This document shows, piece by piece, positions 24,160 through 33,207 of a stretch of 64,000 nt of DNA; the stretch's first letter is position 1, and each line of letters begins with the position of its first letter. The position numbers and the translations under genes are program-made. The DNA lies in contig OY821663.2 in NCBI GenBank assembly GCA_963555975.3, positions 639,867 to 703,866 of the forward strand, read 5' to 3'. Below the pieces are notes generated by a model. The model had not been told where the DNA came from and ran no database searches. It saw only the letters and a program-made list of their open reading frames with translations. Source of the stretch: Dehalococcoidia bacterium (GTDB taxonomy: Bacteria; Chloroflexota; Dehalococcoidia; Lucifugimonadales; UBA2985).

Positions 24160-26961
24160 CTAATTCGGCGGCATTGGAGGCGCAGGCACAAGCCGCTCCC
24201 AGGCCAGAGGAACGGCGGCGGCTTCGTCTTGCCCGGACCACCAGTGCATGAAAATCTGCGGCTCGCCGAGCTTGTGCGTGAAGGTCACGCGGATGGGGTG
24301 AACGCCCGGCGCCAGCGTCACGACGCCGTCGGCGGACACGAACGGGGCGCCGCTCTCCTCCGCGAGGCCGGGGTTGTCGACCACGACCGCGCCGTCGATG
24401 CTCAGCGTGGCGTGGCCGCTGGAGTCGAGCCTGAACCCATACTCGCCCGCCTCGTCTATTCGCAGCCCGCCGTCCCAGCTCACGCTGAACTCGCCCAGGA
24501 ACGGGCGGTCGTGGTAGAACGCGAAGACCATTGGCTCGATCTGCTGGAATGCGCCGTCCGCGTTTTCGGGGAAGCCGGGAGGCAAGTAGGTGGCAAGCAG
24601 GCCGCGGGCGCGCTCGTCAACGTACAGGTCGGGAGTGGAGACGACCACCTGCGCGCCCTCCGGGTTGTCCCATGCCAGCCGCGTCCGGCCCTGCGTATCC
24701 TGCGCCGTATCCCGCAGCCGCAGGCTGTGGAGGCCCACCGCGAGCGTGACCTCGGTCTGGCCGGGGCCGCGCATAACCTCCGCGCCATCAAGCCTGAGCG
24801 CGGCATCCGGCGAACCCTCCAGCGTGAACGTGTAGCTTCGATATTCGCTGACGTACAGCGAGCCGGCCCACTCGGCGGTGACCGGCAGGCGGCCGTCGAA
24901 CTCGCCCCACGGCAGGTCTATGCGACCTACCACGCCCTCCGTGTCCGCCTGCCTGCCGCTCGCCGGGGAGGACGTGCGCAGCGTGACGCCCTGCGGGCCG
25001 TACACGTCCGGCGCGTCCAGCTCCATCGCGTAGAGGATCGGCTGCTTCGGCCCTCTGCCGAAATCCACCTGCGAGAAGCTGCGGCCGGGGTAGAAGTCCT
25101 CCAGCAGGGGGATGAACGGCTCCTCGCGCGAATCCAGGAAGATCAGAGCGCCATCGCCGCCGCCGGACGCGGGCGGGTGGAGAGCCGGCGAGAACGTCTC
25201 GATGCGGGGCGGGTCGTCCACAAGGTAGCTGATGACGGGGTAGTAGGGCAGGTACGGAGACAGGATGACGTCGTAGTCGGCGGAGGGCAGGGCTTGCAGG
25301 CGGTGGGCGACCTCGGTCTGCTCCGGATAGAAGGCGGCCCAGGCCGTCAGGTCGTCCCGATACATGTGGAAGTAGGTGTGGAAGTTGTCGTAGGCGATTG
25401 CGGCGAGGCCAAGCGCGAGAGGCGCGCCCAGCGCGAACGCGGCAAGGCGAGGCCCGCGAAGCAGCGGCGCCGTGGCTACCATCACGGCGGCAATGCCGAC
25501 GCCCGCGAACGCGTAGACTATCGGCAACGCCCCAACCACGCGCAGGCTGTTCGGCGCCTCTTGCGGCAGCGTGACGAGACCGGGCAGCAGCGCGGCGAAG
25601 AACAGCGACAGCAGCAGGAACGGCACCGGCCGGTAGGCTAGCGTGAGGCAGTAAACGAACCCCAGTACCGCCATCGCTCCCGCGCCAAACGACAGCATCG
25701 GCTCCAGGGGCAGGTTGTGGCGGCCGTTGAGGTCGCCGCTGTAGTTGAACATGAAGAGGTAGTCGCCAAGGTTCGCCGCAATCGAGGTCAGCGGATCAAG
25801 TGAGGGGCCATCGTTGAGAGACGCTACGATTACCGCCCGGCTCCAGAACTCGACGGGGTGAGTCACGGAGTACTGGAGCAGCGGCGCGGCAACCAGCAGG
25901 GCCCCGGCGGCGAAGGCCGCGGCTCGCATTGCGACCTGCCGCCGCGGCGGGCGGTACGTGACGATGGCGAACCCGGCAATGAGCAGAAGCGCGGCGGGCA
26001 GCGTCCTCACCGCCTGGTAGAGCCAGAAGCCGGAGCCGAGCGCCATGCCCGCCAGCACGAACGATACGCAGTCGTTGCGGCGCAGCGCCCACAGGAAGGC
26101 GAGCGTTGCCCCGACGCCCGCCAGCGGCGCCGTCACGCCAGGCATCCCGCTGCGGCCCCAGGTTATGTCCCAGCTCGATACGGCTACCAGGAACGCCGCC
26201 AGCAGCGCAATGCGCCACCCCATCAGTCGGCGCGCCAGAAGGTACAGCAGCAGGATGAAGCACACGTCCAGCAGCGCAGACGGCAGCCTGACCGCGGCCG
26301 CGCTCCGGCCCAGGGCCTCAACCGATACCGCCTGCAACGCGATGAACGGCGAGGCGAGATTGGCTTCCGGCACGAAGATGGGGCGATACGAGCCGTCTTC
26401 CAGCATCCTGACCGCGCTCATGCCGTGGACGGCCTCGTCATACCACAGTCCGAACGGCAGGCTCTCCAGCGCAGCCGTACGCAGAGCCAGCGCCATCCCA
26501 AGCACGAGTGTCATCGCCGCCACCTCCACGCGGGGCGCGGCGGACAGAGCCGCAGGCGCGCGCCTGAGCCGCCGCATGAGCTCCGCGGGCGCGGGCCGCA
26601 GCAGCACTATCAGGAACACTATCACGCTCGCGGCGTGAAGCGCCCAGGCCAGGCCGTCATTCGGGTTGCCGTACGAGCGAAACAGGCTCAGCGCCAGCAG
26701 CGGCAGGGCCGCGAGAAGCGCAGTTCGCAGCCGGGACGGCCAGGCCAGCTCGCTGCGCGGGTCGGGCGCGGCCGGCTCCAGCGGCGCGTCCGCGAACAGC
26801 GACGCCTCGCGCGGGCGGGCCGCAACGAGCGCGGCGCCTCCCGCCGCGAACAGCAGCAACCCAATCGCCAGCGCGCCCGCGTGCTCTGTGGCGTACTGGC
26901 CCGCGAGCGCAAGGGCCAGGGCGGCCGGCGCCAGAAGGCCCCTGGTTCGAGCTGCGTTCAA
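24160..26961 (-). CDS. family-39-like (ArnT/PMT-type) membrane glycosyltransferase fused to C-terminal PA14-like domains
   Basis: About 14 hydrophobic spans are present, with the GLWYDEAVHG motif near the first periplasmic loop. The C-terminal 350 aa carry two PA14-like segments (..SWDGGLRIDEAGEYGFRLDSSGHATLSIDGAVVVDN..). Confidence 0.7.
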   Translation of the reverse strand: MNAARTRGLLAPAALALALAGQYATEHAGALAIGLLLFAAGGAALVAARPREASLFADAPLEPAAPDPRSELAWPSRLRTALLAALPLLALSLFRSYGNPNDGLAWALHAASVIVFLIVLLRPAPAELMRRLRRAPAALSAAPRVEVAAMTLVLGMALALRTAALESLPFGLWYDEAVHGMSAVRMLEDGSYRPIFVPEANLASPFIALQAVSVEALGRSAAAVRLPSALLDVCFILLLYLLARRLMGWRIALLAAFLVAVSSWDITWGRSGMPGVTAPLAGVGATLAFLWALRRNDCVSFVLAGMALGSGFWLYQAVRTLPAALLLIAGFAIVTYRPPRRQVAMRAAAFAAGALLVAAPLLQYSVTHPVEFWSRAVIVASLNDGPSLDPLTSIAANLGDYLFMFNYSGDLNGRHNLPLEPMLSFGAGAMAVLGFVYCLTLAYRPVPFLLLSLFFAALLPGLVTLPQEAPNSLRVVGALPIVYAFAGVGIAAVMVATAPLLRGPRLAAFALGAPLALGLAAIAYDNFHTYFHMYRDDLTAWAAFYPEQTEVAHRLQALPSADYDVILSPYLPYYPVISYLVDDPPRIETFSPALHPPASGGGDGALIFLDSREEPFIPLLEDFYPGRSFSQVDFGRGPKQPILYAMELDAPDVYGPQGVTLRTSSPASGRQADTEGVVGRIDLPWGEFDGRLPVTAEWAGSLYVSEYRSYTFTLEGSPDAALRLDGAEVMRGPGQTEVTLAVGLHSLRLRDTAQDTQGRTRLAWDNPEGAQVVVSTPDLYVDERARGLLATYLPPGFPENADGAFQQIEPMVFAFYHDRPFLGEFSVSWDGGLRIDEAGEYGFRLDSSGHATLSIDGAVVVDNPGLAEESGAPFVSADGVVTLAPGVHPIRVTFTHKLGEPQIFMHWWSGQDEAAAVPLAWERLVPAPPMPPN

Positions 26962-27344
26962 CGCTGCCCGGAAGCGTCCGCCACGATGTCAGACTCCTCG
27001 GCGAGCACTAGCCACGGCTCGCCCCACTGCTCAGGGCTGTCGACGTCCCACGGCCCGCTCTCGCTGCCGCGCTTGAAACGCAGACCCCAGTCGCCGCCGT
27101 AGAGCAGGAACGCGCTGCCCGCGCCGGAGTCGGAGATGCGGGCGTAGTAGGCGGGGCACGGCGAGCCTCCGCCTTCGCTCTGCCAGCCCGTGACCCAGTG
27201 CAGCTGCTCCGGCCAGCGCGGGCCGGCGATGTTCACCTGCGCCACGCGAACGGAGCGGCCGAGAAGCTGGTAGGTCATCAGAGGCAGGCCGGGGCAGTTG
27301 TCGTTGTCCTCGACCTCCAGCGAAATGAACCCCTGGCCCTCCAC
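26958..27344 (-). CDS. hypothetical protein (128 aa)
   Basis: The ORF has a 4-nt stop/start overlap with the glycosyltransferase gene and a 2-nt gap to the upstream small gene. I see no recognisable motif. Confidence 0.5.
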   Translation of the reverse strand: MEGQGFISLEVEDNDNCPGLPLMTYQLLGRSVRVAQVNIAGPRWPEQLHWVTGWQSEGGGSPCPAYYARISDSGAGSAFLLYGGDWGLRFKRGSESGPWDVDSPEQWGEPWLVLAEESDIVADASGQR

Positions 27345-27346
27345 GC

Positions 27347-27592
27347 CTACTCCTCCTCTTCGTCTGCCTGCAAGCCGAGCGAAACAAGCTCAGCACGCAG
27401 GGTGTCGGCCCAGTTCTGGATTGGAACGGAGGCGGGCGCGACGATCTCGACCTCGCCCGTGTCCAGCAGCCGAACGGCGCCGGGATCCTCCTTGCCGAGC
27501 GGTACGGAAACCTGCTCACGGTCGATGCCGAGTGCGTCCGTCACCTCAAAGATGGCGAACATGTCCTCCATGCCTATTGTGTCGTCTTCCAT
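27347..27592 (-). CDS. hypothetical small acidic protein (81 aa)
   Basis: This is the first ORF of the apparent three-gene minus-strand operon. The product is Glu/Asp rich and has no recognisable motif. Confidence 0.45.
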   Translation of the reverse strand: MEDDTIGMEDMFAIFEVTDALGIDREQVSVPLGKEDPGAVRLLDTGEVEIVAPASVPIQNWADTLRAELVSLGLQADEEEE

Positions 27593-27730
27593 AGCAGCAA
27601 CTCGCTCCGGAATGGCGTACCCCGGCGGGAAGCGTCCGCGAAAGCGCGGGCCGCGGGGCCGTGTTTGGGCTATAGTAGCGGCGGCGGCAATGGAGCGTCA
27701 ACACGCCGCGCCCGCGCCGGAGGGGGAGTT

Positions 27731-27759
27731 TTGCGGCGCAGACGCATTTGGGTTATCAT
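27731..27759 (+). promoter_or_regulatory. promoter candidate for the molybdopterin oxidoreductase gene
   Basis: TTGCGG (27731-27736), a 17-nt spacer and TATCAT (27754-27759). Confidence 0.3.
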
Positions 27760-27812
27760 TGGGGTCAGGCGCAGACGCTTCACGAATCGGTTGTGCCACA
27801 TGGAGGTCGGCT

Positions 27813-28406
27813 TTGAGAGTCAGGCCCGCGGAAACAGCGGAGCGCGAGCGGGAGGGTGAGGCGCCGCCCGGGCAGTTCGTCACCGACAAGTTCCCCGTGT
27901 TCACCTACGGCTCCACGCCCGCAATCGACGTCGAGTCGTGGCGGCTGCGCGTGTTCGGACTTGCGAACGAGGTCACGCTAGCGTGGCGGGACGTCGCCGC
28001 CCTGCCGCAGACTAAGATTCGCGCGGACTTCCACTGCGTCACGCGTTGGAGCCGACTCGACAACACCTGGGAGGGCGTGGCGTTCCGCGAACTGATGCGG
28101 CTGGCGGAGCCGTCCCGCGAGGCGCGTTTCGTGACCATCCACTGCTACGGCGGATACACTACAAACCTGGCGCTGGAAGCGCTGCTGGCCGAGGACGCGC
28201 TGCTGGCCCACTCTCACGACGGGCGGCCGCTCACGCCGGAGCACGGTTGGCCGCTGCGGCTTGTGGCGCCCGGACGCTACGGCTGGAAGAGCGCCAAGTG
28301 GGTCTCAGGCATCGAGCTGACGGCGGACGACAGGCCGGGCTTCTGGGAGCTGCGCGGCTACAGCAGCAGCGCGGACATCTGGCGAGAGGAGCGGACGTGG
28401 GCATAG
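27813..28406 (+). CDS. sulfite-oxidase-like molybdopterin-binding oxidoreductase (small stand-alone type)
   Basis: The sequence PPGQFVTDKFPVFTYG..ADFHCVTRWSRLDNTWEGV..GWPLRLVAPGRYGWKSAKWVSGIEL..PGFWELRGY matches the Oxidored_molyb core. A TTG at 27813 sits 6 nt after GGAGG (27802-27806). The alternative in-frame ATG at 27690 adds 41 non-conserved residues. Confidence 0.8.
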   Translation: MRVRPAETAEREREGEAPPGQFVTDKFPVFTYGSTPAIDVESWRLRVFGLANEVTLAWRDVAALPQTKIRADFHCVTRWSRLDNTWEGVAFRELMRLAEPSREARFVTIHCYGGYTTNLALEALLAEDALLAHSHDGRPLTPEHGWPLRLVAPGRYGWKSAKWVSGIELTADDRPGFWELRGYSSSADIWREERTWA

Positions 28407-28458
28407 CGTGGCAAATCGGAAGATCGCGTGGGACAGACCGTCCGCGTGAGGTGACGCC

Positions 28459-29643
28459 CTGAGAGCCGGGTATCTTCACTGCATCGGCGGGGCCAGCGGC
28501 GACATGCTGCTTGGCGCGCTGCTGGACGCGGGGCTGCCGCTGGAGTCGCTCCGCGCCGAACTGGCAAAGCTGCCCGTGAGCGGCTTTTCGCTGGAGGTTG
28601 CGCCCGCGCAGCGCGGCGTCATCCGCGGGACGCTGGCGACGGTATCGCACGAACGCCAGGCCGGCGGCGGCTACGCCATTCGAGACTTCACGCGCATGGT
28701 TGACGACAGCGCGCTGGCCGCGCCCGTCAAGGCGCGCGCCCGCCTCGTGCTGGAGCGGCTGGAGGAGGCGGAGACGCTCGTTCACGGCGAGGGTCACGCG
28801 CTACACGAACTCGGCGACCTGGATACGCTCGTGGACGTGGTGGGCGTTGTGGCCGGCGTCGCGCTGCTGGGCATCGACCGGCTGTACTCCTCGCCGCTGC
28901 CGTGCGGATGGGGCGTGATAGCTTCGCGCAAGGGGCCTTTGCCTTCGCCCGCGCCCGCCACCATGCAGCTGATACGCATGGCGGGCGCAAAGGTGACGCC
29001 GCCGCGCGGGCCGTACCTGACGGCAGGCGAGCTGGTCACGCCCACGGGCGCGGCGCTCATAACCACGCTTGCATCGTTCGAAGCGCCGCCCATGCGCGTC
29101 GAGCGGCTGGGCTACGGCGCGGGCTCGCGGGACTCAGCCGAGATTCCCAACGTGCTTGCGCTGTGGGTCGGCGAGGCTGAAGAGAGCGGCCCGTCGGCGC
29201 AAGTCTCGCTGCTGGAGACCAACATAGACGACTCGACGCCGGAGCTGCTTGGACACGTGCAGGACGTGCTGATGGCCCGCGGCGCGCTGGACGCGTGGTT
29301 CACGCCCATACAGATGAAGAAGAACCGCCCGGCCGTGACGCTCAGCGTGATATGCCGCCCCGGCATGGAGTCGGCGCTGGCCGGGGCGATGCTGGAGGAG
29401 ACGTCCACGCTGGGCGTGCGAGTCCACACGCTGAGCCGCTACGAGGCGGAGCGAGAGATGGTATCGGTGGACACGTCGCTTGGGCGCGCGGGCGTGAAGG
29501 TGAAGCGGGTGGACGGCCGCGTCGCCGGCCTCTCGCCGGAGTTCGAGGACTGCCGCGAGATAGCCCTGCGTGAGGGGATACCCCTGCAAGAGGTGTACAG
29601 GAGGGTAGAGAGAGATGCGAGAGCGCAGCTTGGCATTGAGTAG
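28459..29643 (+). CDS. larC: nickel-pincer cofactor nickel insertion protein LarC (DUF111 family), probable CTG start
   Basis: The DUF111 family N-terminus (M..Y.DC.SGISGDM.LGAL.DAG) aligns to LRAGYLHCIGGASGDMLLGALLDAG. This segment starts at CTG 28459, 5 nt after GAGGTG. An in-frame TGA lies at 28447-28449, and no ATG, GTG or TTG occurs before the ATG at 28504. Confidence 0.85.
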   Translation: MRAGYLHCIGGASGDMLLGALLDAGLPLESLRAELAKLPVSGFSLEVAPAQRGVIRGTLATVSHERQAGGGYAIRDFTRMVDDSALAAPVKARARLVLERLEEAETLVHGEGHALHELGDLDTLVDVVGVVAGVALLGIDRLYSSPLPCGWGVIASRKGPLPSPAPATMQLIRMAGAKVTPPRGPYLTAGELVTPTGAALITTLASFEAPPMRVERLGYGAGSRDSAEIPNVLALWVGEAEESGPSAQVSLLETNIDDSTPELLGHVQDVLMARGALDAWFTPIQMKKNRPAVTLSVICRPGMESALAGAMLEETSTLGVRVHTLSRYEAEREMVSVDTSLGRAGVKVKRVDGRVAGLSPEFEDCREIALREGIPLQEVYRRVERDARAQLGIE

Positions 29644-29925
29644 GGCGGGGGCCTTCCCACGCGCCCAATCCCGCGGAGGCGGGAGTCCACGTATTGCGGG
29701 GCGTGTCGAGATGGATTCCCGCTTTCGGAGATTCTTGCATATCTCCTGCTCGCCAACATTCCGATGTCGTTCTGAGCCCTTCGGCTACGCTCAGGGTAAA
29801 CTGCGCGAAGAATCCAAGGCAGTCTATTGGATACAGCGTAGCTTTGCCGGCACTTGCTTTGGATTCTTCACTTCGCTCCGCTTCGTTCAGAATGACATTT
29901 GGAGCGCTTCCTCTGCGGACAATAC
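29644..29925. repeat. REP-like mosaic
   Basis: Units present are aatcccgcggaggcgggagtccac, gtcgttctgagcccttcggctacgctcagggtaaactgcgcgaagaatcc and ggattcttcacttcgctccgcttcgttcagaatgac. Confidence 0.75.
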
Positions 29926-29985
29926 AGGCGTAAGGCAAAGGTCTGCTGTCGCGGGAATAGGAGATTTGGCAAAGGAGGGTAGCCT

Positions 29986-31278
29986 GTGAACACATCGCGT
30001 TCGGAAGACTTGTTTCTGCGGGCGCAGGCGCTCATCCCCGGCGGGGTGAACAGCCCCGTGCGCTCCTTCCGCGCCGTGGGCGGCCGCCCGCGGTTCATCC
30101 GCGGCGGCCAGGGTTCCCGCGTGTGGGACGTGGACGGCAACGAATTCATCGACTACGTTGGCTCGTGGGGGCCGCTGATACTTGGGCACGCGCACCCCGA
30201 CGTTGTAGAGGCGGTGAGCGCCGCGCTTTCGAACGGGCTGAGCTTCGGCGCGCCCACGGAGGGCGAGCTGCGGCTGGCCGAGATAATCGTGGACGCGCTG
30301 CCGTCGGTGGATGCGGTTCGGCTGGTCAGCTCCGGCACTGAGGCGGCGATGAGCGCGGTTCGCGCAGCGCGGGCCTTCACGGGCCGCGACAAGATCGTCA
30401 AGTTCGCGGGCTGCTACCACGGCCACGCAGACGGCCTGCTGGTGGAGGCCGGCTCCGGCGGCGCGACCTACAGCGTGCCCAACAGCGCAGGCGTGCCGGC
30501 GGCTTACGCGGGCGAGACGCTGGTGGCCGACTACAACGACCTGGAATCCGTCGAGAGGCTGTTCGAGGCGCACCCCGGCGCAGTGGCAGCCGTGATACTG
30601 GAGCCGGTTGCGGGCAACGTGGGCGTGATTCCGCCCGCGGACGGCTTCCTGGAGGGGCTGCGCAGCCTCACGAGCCGCGAAGGCGCGCTGCTCATATTCG
30701 ACGAGGTGATAACGGGCTTCCGGGTAGCGTACGGGGGCGCGCAGACGCTTTACGGCGTGACGCCGGACCTGACCTGCCTTGGCAAGATCATTGGCGGCGG
30801 CCTGCCCGTGGGCGCGTACGGAGGCCGCAGGGACGTGATGGAGGTGGTTGCGCCGCTCGGTTCCATGTACCAGGCGGGCACGCTGTCCGGCAACCCGCTT
30901 GCCGTGACGGCGGGCATTGCCACGCTCACCGCGCTTGCGGAGCCGGGCGTGTACGAACGGCTGGAGTCGCGATCGGCGAGGCTTGCGGCTGCGGTCTCGG
31001 CGGCGGCCGCGGACGCCGCGCTGCCGCTGACGGTCAATCGAGTCGGCTCGATGATGACGGCGTTCTTCGGCGACGGGCCGGTGGTGGACGCGCAGTCCGC
31101 GCTGGCGAGCGACCGAGTCCGCTACGCCGCCTTCTTCCACCGTATGCTGGACAGCGGCGTGTATCTTGCGCCGTCCGCGTTCGAGGCGGCGTTCGTGTCT
31201 ACCGCGCACACGGTTGGGGACATCGAATACACAATCGGGGCGGCGGCGCGGGCGTTGGAGCCGCACCCGGCCCAGTGA
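29986..31278 (+). CDS. hemL: glutamate-1-semialdehyde 2,1-aminomutase
   Basis: The sequence [49 protein letters not shown] is present. The start is GTG 29986, preceded by AAGGAGGG. Confidence 0.93.
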   Translation: MNTSRSEDLFLRAQALIPGGVNSPVRSFRAVGGRPRFIRGGQGSRVWDVDGNEFIDYVGSWGPLILGHAHPDVVEAVSAALSNGLSFGAPTEGELRLAEIIVDALPSVDAVRLVSSGTEAAMSAVRAARAFTGRDKIVKFAGCYHGHADGLLVEAGSGGATYSVPNSAGVPAAYAGETLVADYNDLESVERLFEAHPGAVAAVILEPVAGNVGVIPPADGFLEGLRSLTSREGALLIFDEVITGFRVAYGGAQTLYGVTPDLTCLGKIIGGGLPVGAYGGRRDVMEVVAPLGSMYQAGTLSGNPLAVTAGIATLTALAEPGVYERLESRSARLAAAVSAAAADAALPLTVNRVGSMMTAFFGDGPVVDAQSALASDRVRYAAFFHRMLDSGVYLAPSAFEAAFVSTAHTVGDIEYTIGAAARALEPHPAQ

Positions 31279-31389
31279 ATCGGCGAATCGAAAAGTGCGC
31301 GAAAATCGGGTTCAACTTCAAAATCTCTTCAAACTGGCGTAGTACAACGTTATCGACGGAATCCGAACTCGGAGAGAGGAGACACGGCA

Positions 31390-32364
31390 ATGAGAAAAGG
31401 TCTGATAGTGGCCTCCGTGCTGATGGGACTGCTGACGGCCGTCCTGATAGGGGGCGTCGTCCTTGCGCAGAGCGACGGCGACGGCAAGAAGGCGCACCTC
31501 CTGGCAAAGGGCGACAAGGACGGGATGAAGGACGAGGTCATGGGCCGCGTCGCCGAGATCCTGGGCATCGAGCAGGCGGCGCTGGAGAGCGCGTTCAACC
31601 AGGCGCTCACCGAGCAGGCGGGGCGCAAGGCGGCCGAGATGCTGGCATCGCTGGTCGAGAAGGGCATCCTGACGCAGGAGCAGGCGGACGCCTACCAGGC
31701 TTGGCTGGCCGCCAGGCCGGAGGGCGACATCCCGATATTCGGCGCGCTGGGCTCGTTCGAGCGCGGCTTCAAGGCCGGGGGCAAGGGTGAGCTCGGCGAG
31801 CGGTCGCCCGACGCCTTCATCGACAGGCTGGTTGAGGACGGCGTGATGACGCAGGCGCAGGCGGACGCATACAAGGCGTGGATTGAGGCGATGCCGGACA
31901 TAGACTTCTCGACGCTCAAGCCGAGAGGCGAGTGGGGCGAGGGCAAGAAGCGCTTTGGCGAGTGGAGCGAGCGCAAGCAGGGCTTCGGCGAGCACACCGA
32001 TGGCAACTGGTCCGGGCCTCTGTTCGAGAAAGGCGTACTGACGGAGGAGCAGGCGGAAGAGTACAGCGCATGGCTGGAGGCTATGCCGGAGGGCGGGTTC
32101 CCGGTGATTGGCGCAATCCAGGCGCTGGGCCCGGAGTTCCGGGGATTCGGGGCCAGGGGCCTTTCCGGCCTGAACGAAGATACGGCCTCTGAGTCGCTGG
32201 CCAAGCTGGTCGAGAACGGAGTGCTCACGCAGGCGCAGGCGGACGCATACCAAGCGTGGCTGAACGACCGGCCGGAAGGCGTGTTCCCGCTCCCGGAGGC
32301 GTTCAGCGAGTGGGGCGACGGGCGCTACAAGAGGGGTGAAGGAGCCTTCGGCGCAAAGCGCTGA
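31390..32364 (+). CDS. secreted or membrane-anchored helical repeat protein with four L(V/I)E.G(V/I)(L/M)T.(E/A)QA(D/E).Y..W(L/I) repeats (LTxxQ / DUF2680-like)
   Basis: The N-terminal hydrophobic signal/anchor is MRKGLIVASVLMGLLTAVLIGGVVLA. The four repeats are LVEKGILTQEQADAYQAWL, LVEDGVMTQAQADAYKAWI, FEKGVLTEEQAEEYSAWL and LVENGVLTQAQADAYQAWL. An AGGAG RBS lies upstream. Confidence 0.6.
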   Translation: MRKGLIVASVLMGLLTAVLIGGVVLAQSDGDGKKAHLLAKGDKDGMKDEVMGRVAEILGIEQAALESAFNQALTEQAGRKAAEMLASLVEKGILTQEQADAYQAWLAARPEGDIPIFGALGSFERGFKAGGKGELGERSPDAFIDRLVEDGVMTQAQADAYKAWIEAMPDIDFSTLKPRGEWGEGKKRFGEWSERKQGFGEHTDGNWSGPLFEKGVLTEEQAEEYSAWLEAMPEGGFPVIGAIQALGPEFRGFGARGLSGLNEDTASESLAKLVENGVLTQAQADAYQAWLNDRPEGVFPLPEAFSEWGDGRYKRGEGAFGAKR

Positions 32365-32452
32365 TTCGATGCGAGCCTGACGCCGCGCGCGGCGCGCCCA
32401 AACACGCCTCCGGGCGCAGCGGCGGGCGGCACAGGCGACACAGTTCGGTTGG

Positions 32453-32478
32453 AGGGGCGGGGCAGTCGCTCCGCCCCT
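32453..32478 (+). terminator. GC-rich hairpin downstream of the repeat-protein gene (weak terminator candidate)
   Basis: aggggcgg pairs with ccgcccct as an 8-bp stem with a 10-nt loop. No clear U-tract follows. Confidence 0.3.
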
Positions 32479-32517
32479 TCGCAGTCCACAGAGCAATTGC
32501 CATCCAGGGACAAAGCA

Positions 32518-33207
32518 ATGGGCAGCACTATCCTCGTTGTAGAAGACGATCCCGGCACAATGGACATTGTGGCGATGTACCTGCGCCGCGACGGCCATAA
32601 GGTGGTCACTGCCGCGGACGGCCCTGAGGGGCTGAGGCTTGCAACTGAGTCCGACCCGGACCTGGTGGTTCTGGATCTGATGCTGCCCGGCCTGGACGGC
32701 ATGGAGGTCTGCCGCAGCCTGCGCTCAGCCTCGCAGGTGCCGGTGGTCATGCTGACGGCGCGCGTGGAGGAGGAGGACAGGCTGGCGGGCCTCGACCTGG
32801 GCGCGGACGACTACGTGACCAAGCCGTTCAGCCCGCGGGAGCTGGCGGCGCGCGTTCGGGCGGTGCTCCGGCGCACGGCGCGCGACGAGCTGGAGCGCGG
32901 CCCCGCCGAGATGCGCTACGCGGACGTGCGCGTAGACCTGCGAATCCACGCCGCGTACGTGAAGGATTGCAGGCTCACGCTCACGCCTACAGAGTTCCGC
33001 CTGCTTGCGCTGATGCTGCGAGAACCGGGCAGGACGTTCACCCGCGAGCAGATCATCGACAGGGTGTTCGGCTACGACTTCGACGGGTTCGACAGGACGG
33101 TCGACGCCCACGTGTCCAATCTGCGGCGCAAGCTGGAGGCGCAGAACGGCGGGCAGCGGTACATTCAGACCATATACGGGATTGGGTACAGGTTCGGACG
33201 TGAGTAG
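32518..33207 (+). CDS. OmpR/PhoB-family response regulator
   Basis: The receiver domain reads ILVVEDDPGT..DLVVLDLMLPGLDG..TKPF. The winged-helix output domain reads LTPTEFRLLALML..YIQTIYGIGYRF. Confidence 0.92.
   Translation: MGSTILVVEDDPGTMDIVAMYLRRDGHKVVTAADGPEGLRLATESDPDLVVLDLMLPGLDGMEVCRSLRSASQVPVVMLTARVEEEDRLAGLDLGADDYVTKPFSPRELAARVRAVLRRTARDELERGPAEMRYADVRVDLRIHAAYVKDCRLTLTPTEFRLLALMLREPGRTFTREQIIDRVFGYDFDGFDRTVDAHVSNLRRKLEAQNGGQRYIQTIYGIGYRFGRE

Noticed and set aside
27198-27812. A 205-codon N-terminal extension of the molybdopterin oxidoreductase ORF, including the in-frame ATG at 27690.
   Set aside because: The extension overlaps the two divergent minus-strand genes and the promoter region. 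The conserved domain starts right after TTG 27813, which has a well-placed GGAGG. ATG 27690 remains a minor alternative.
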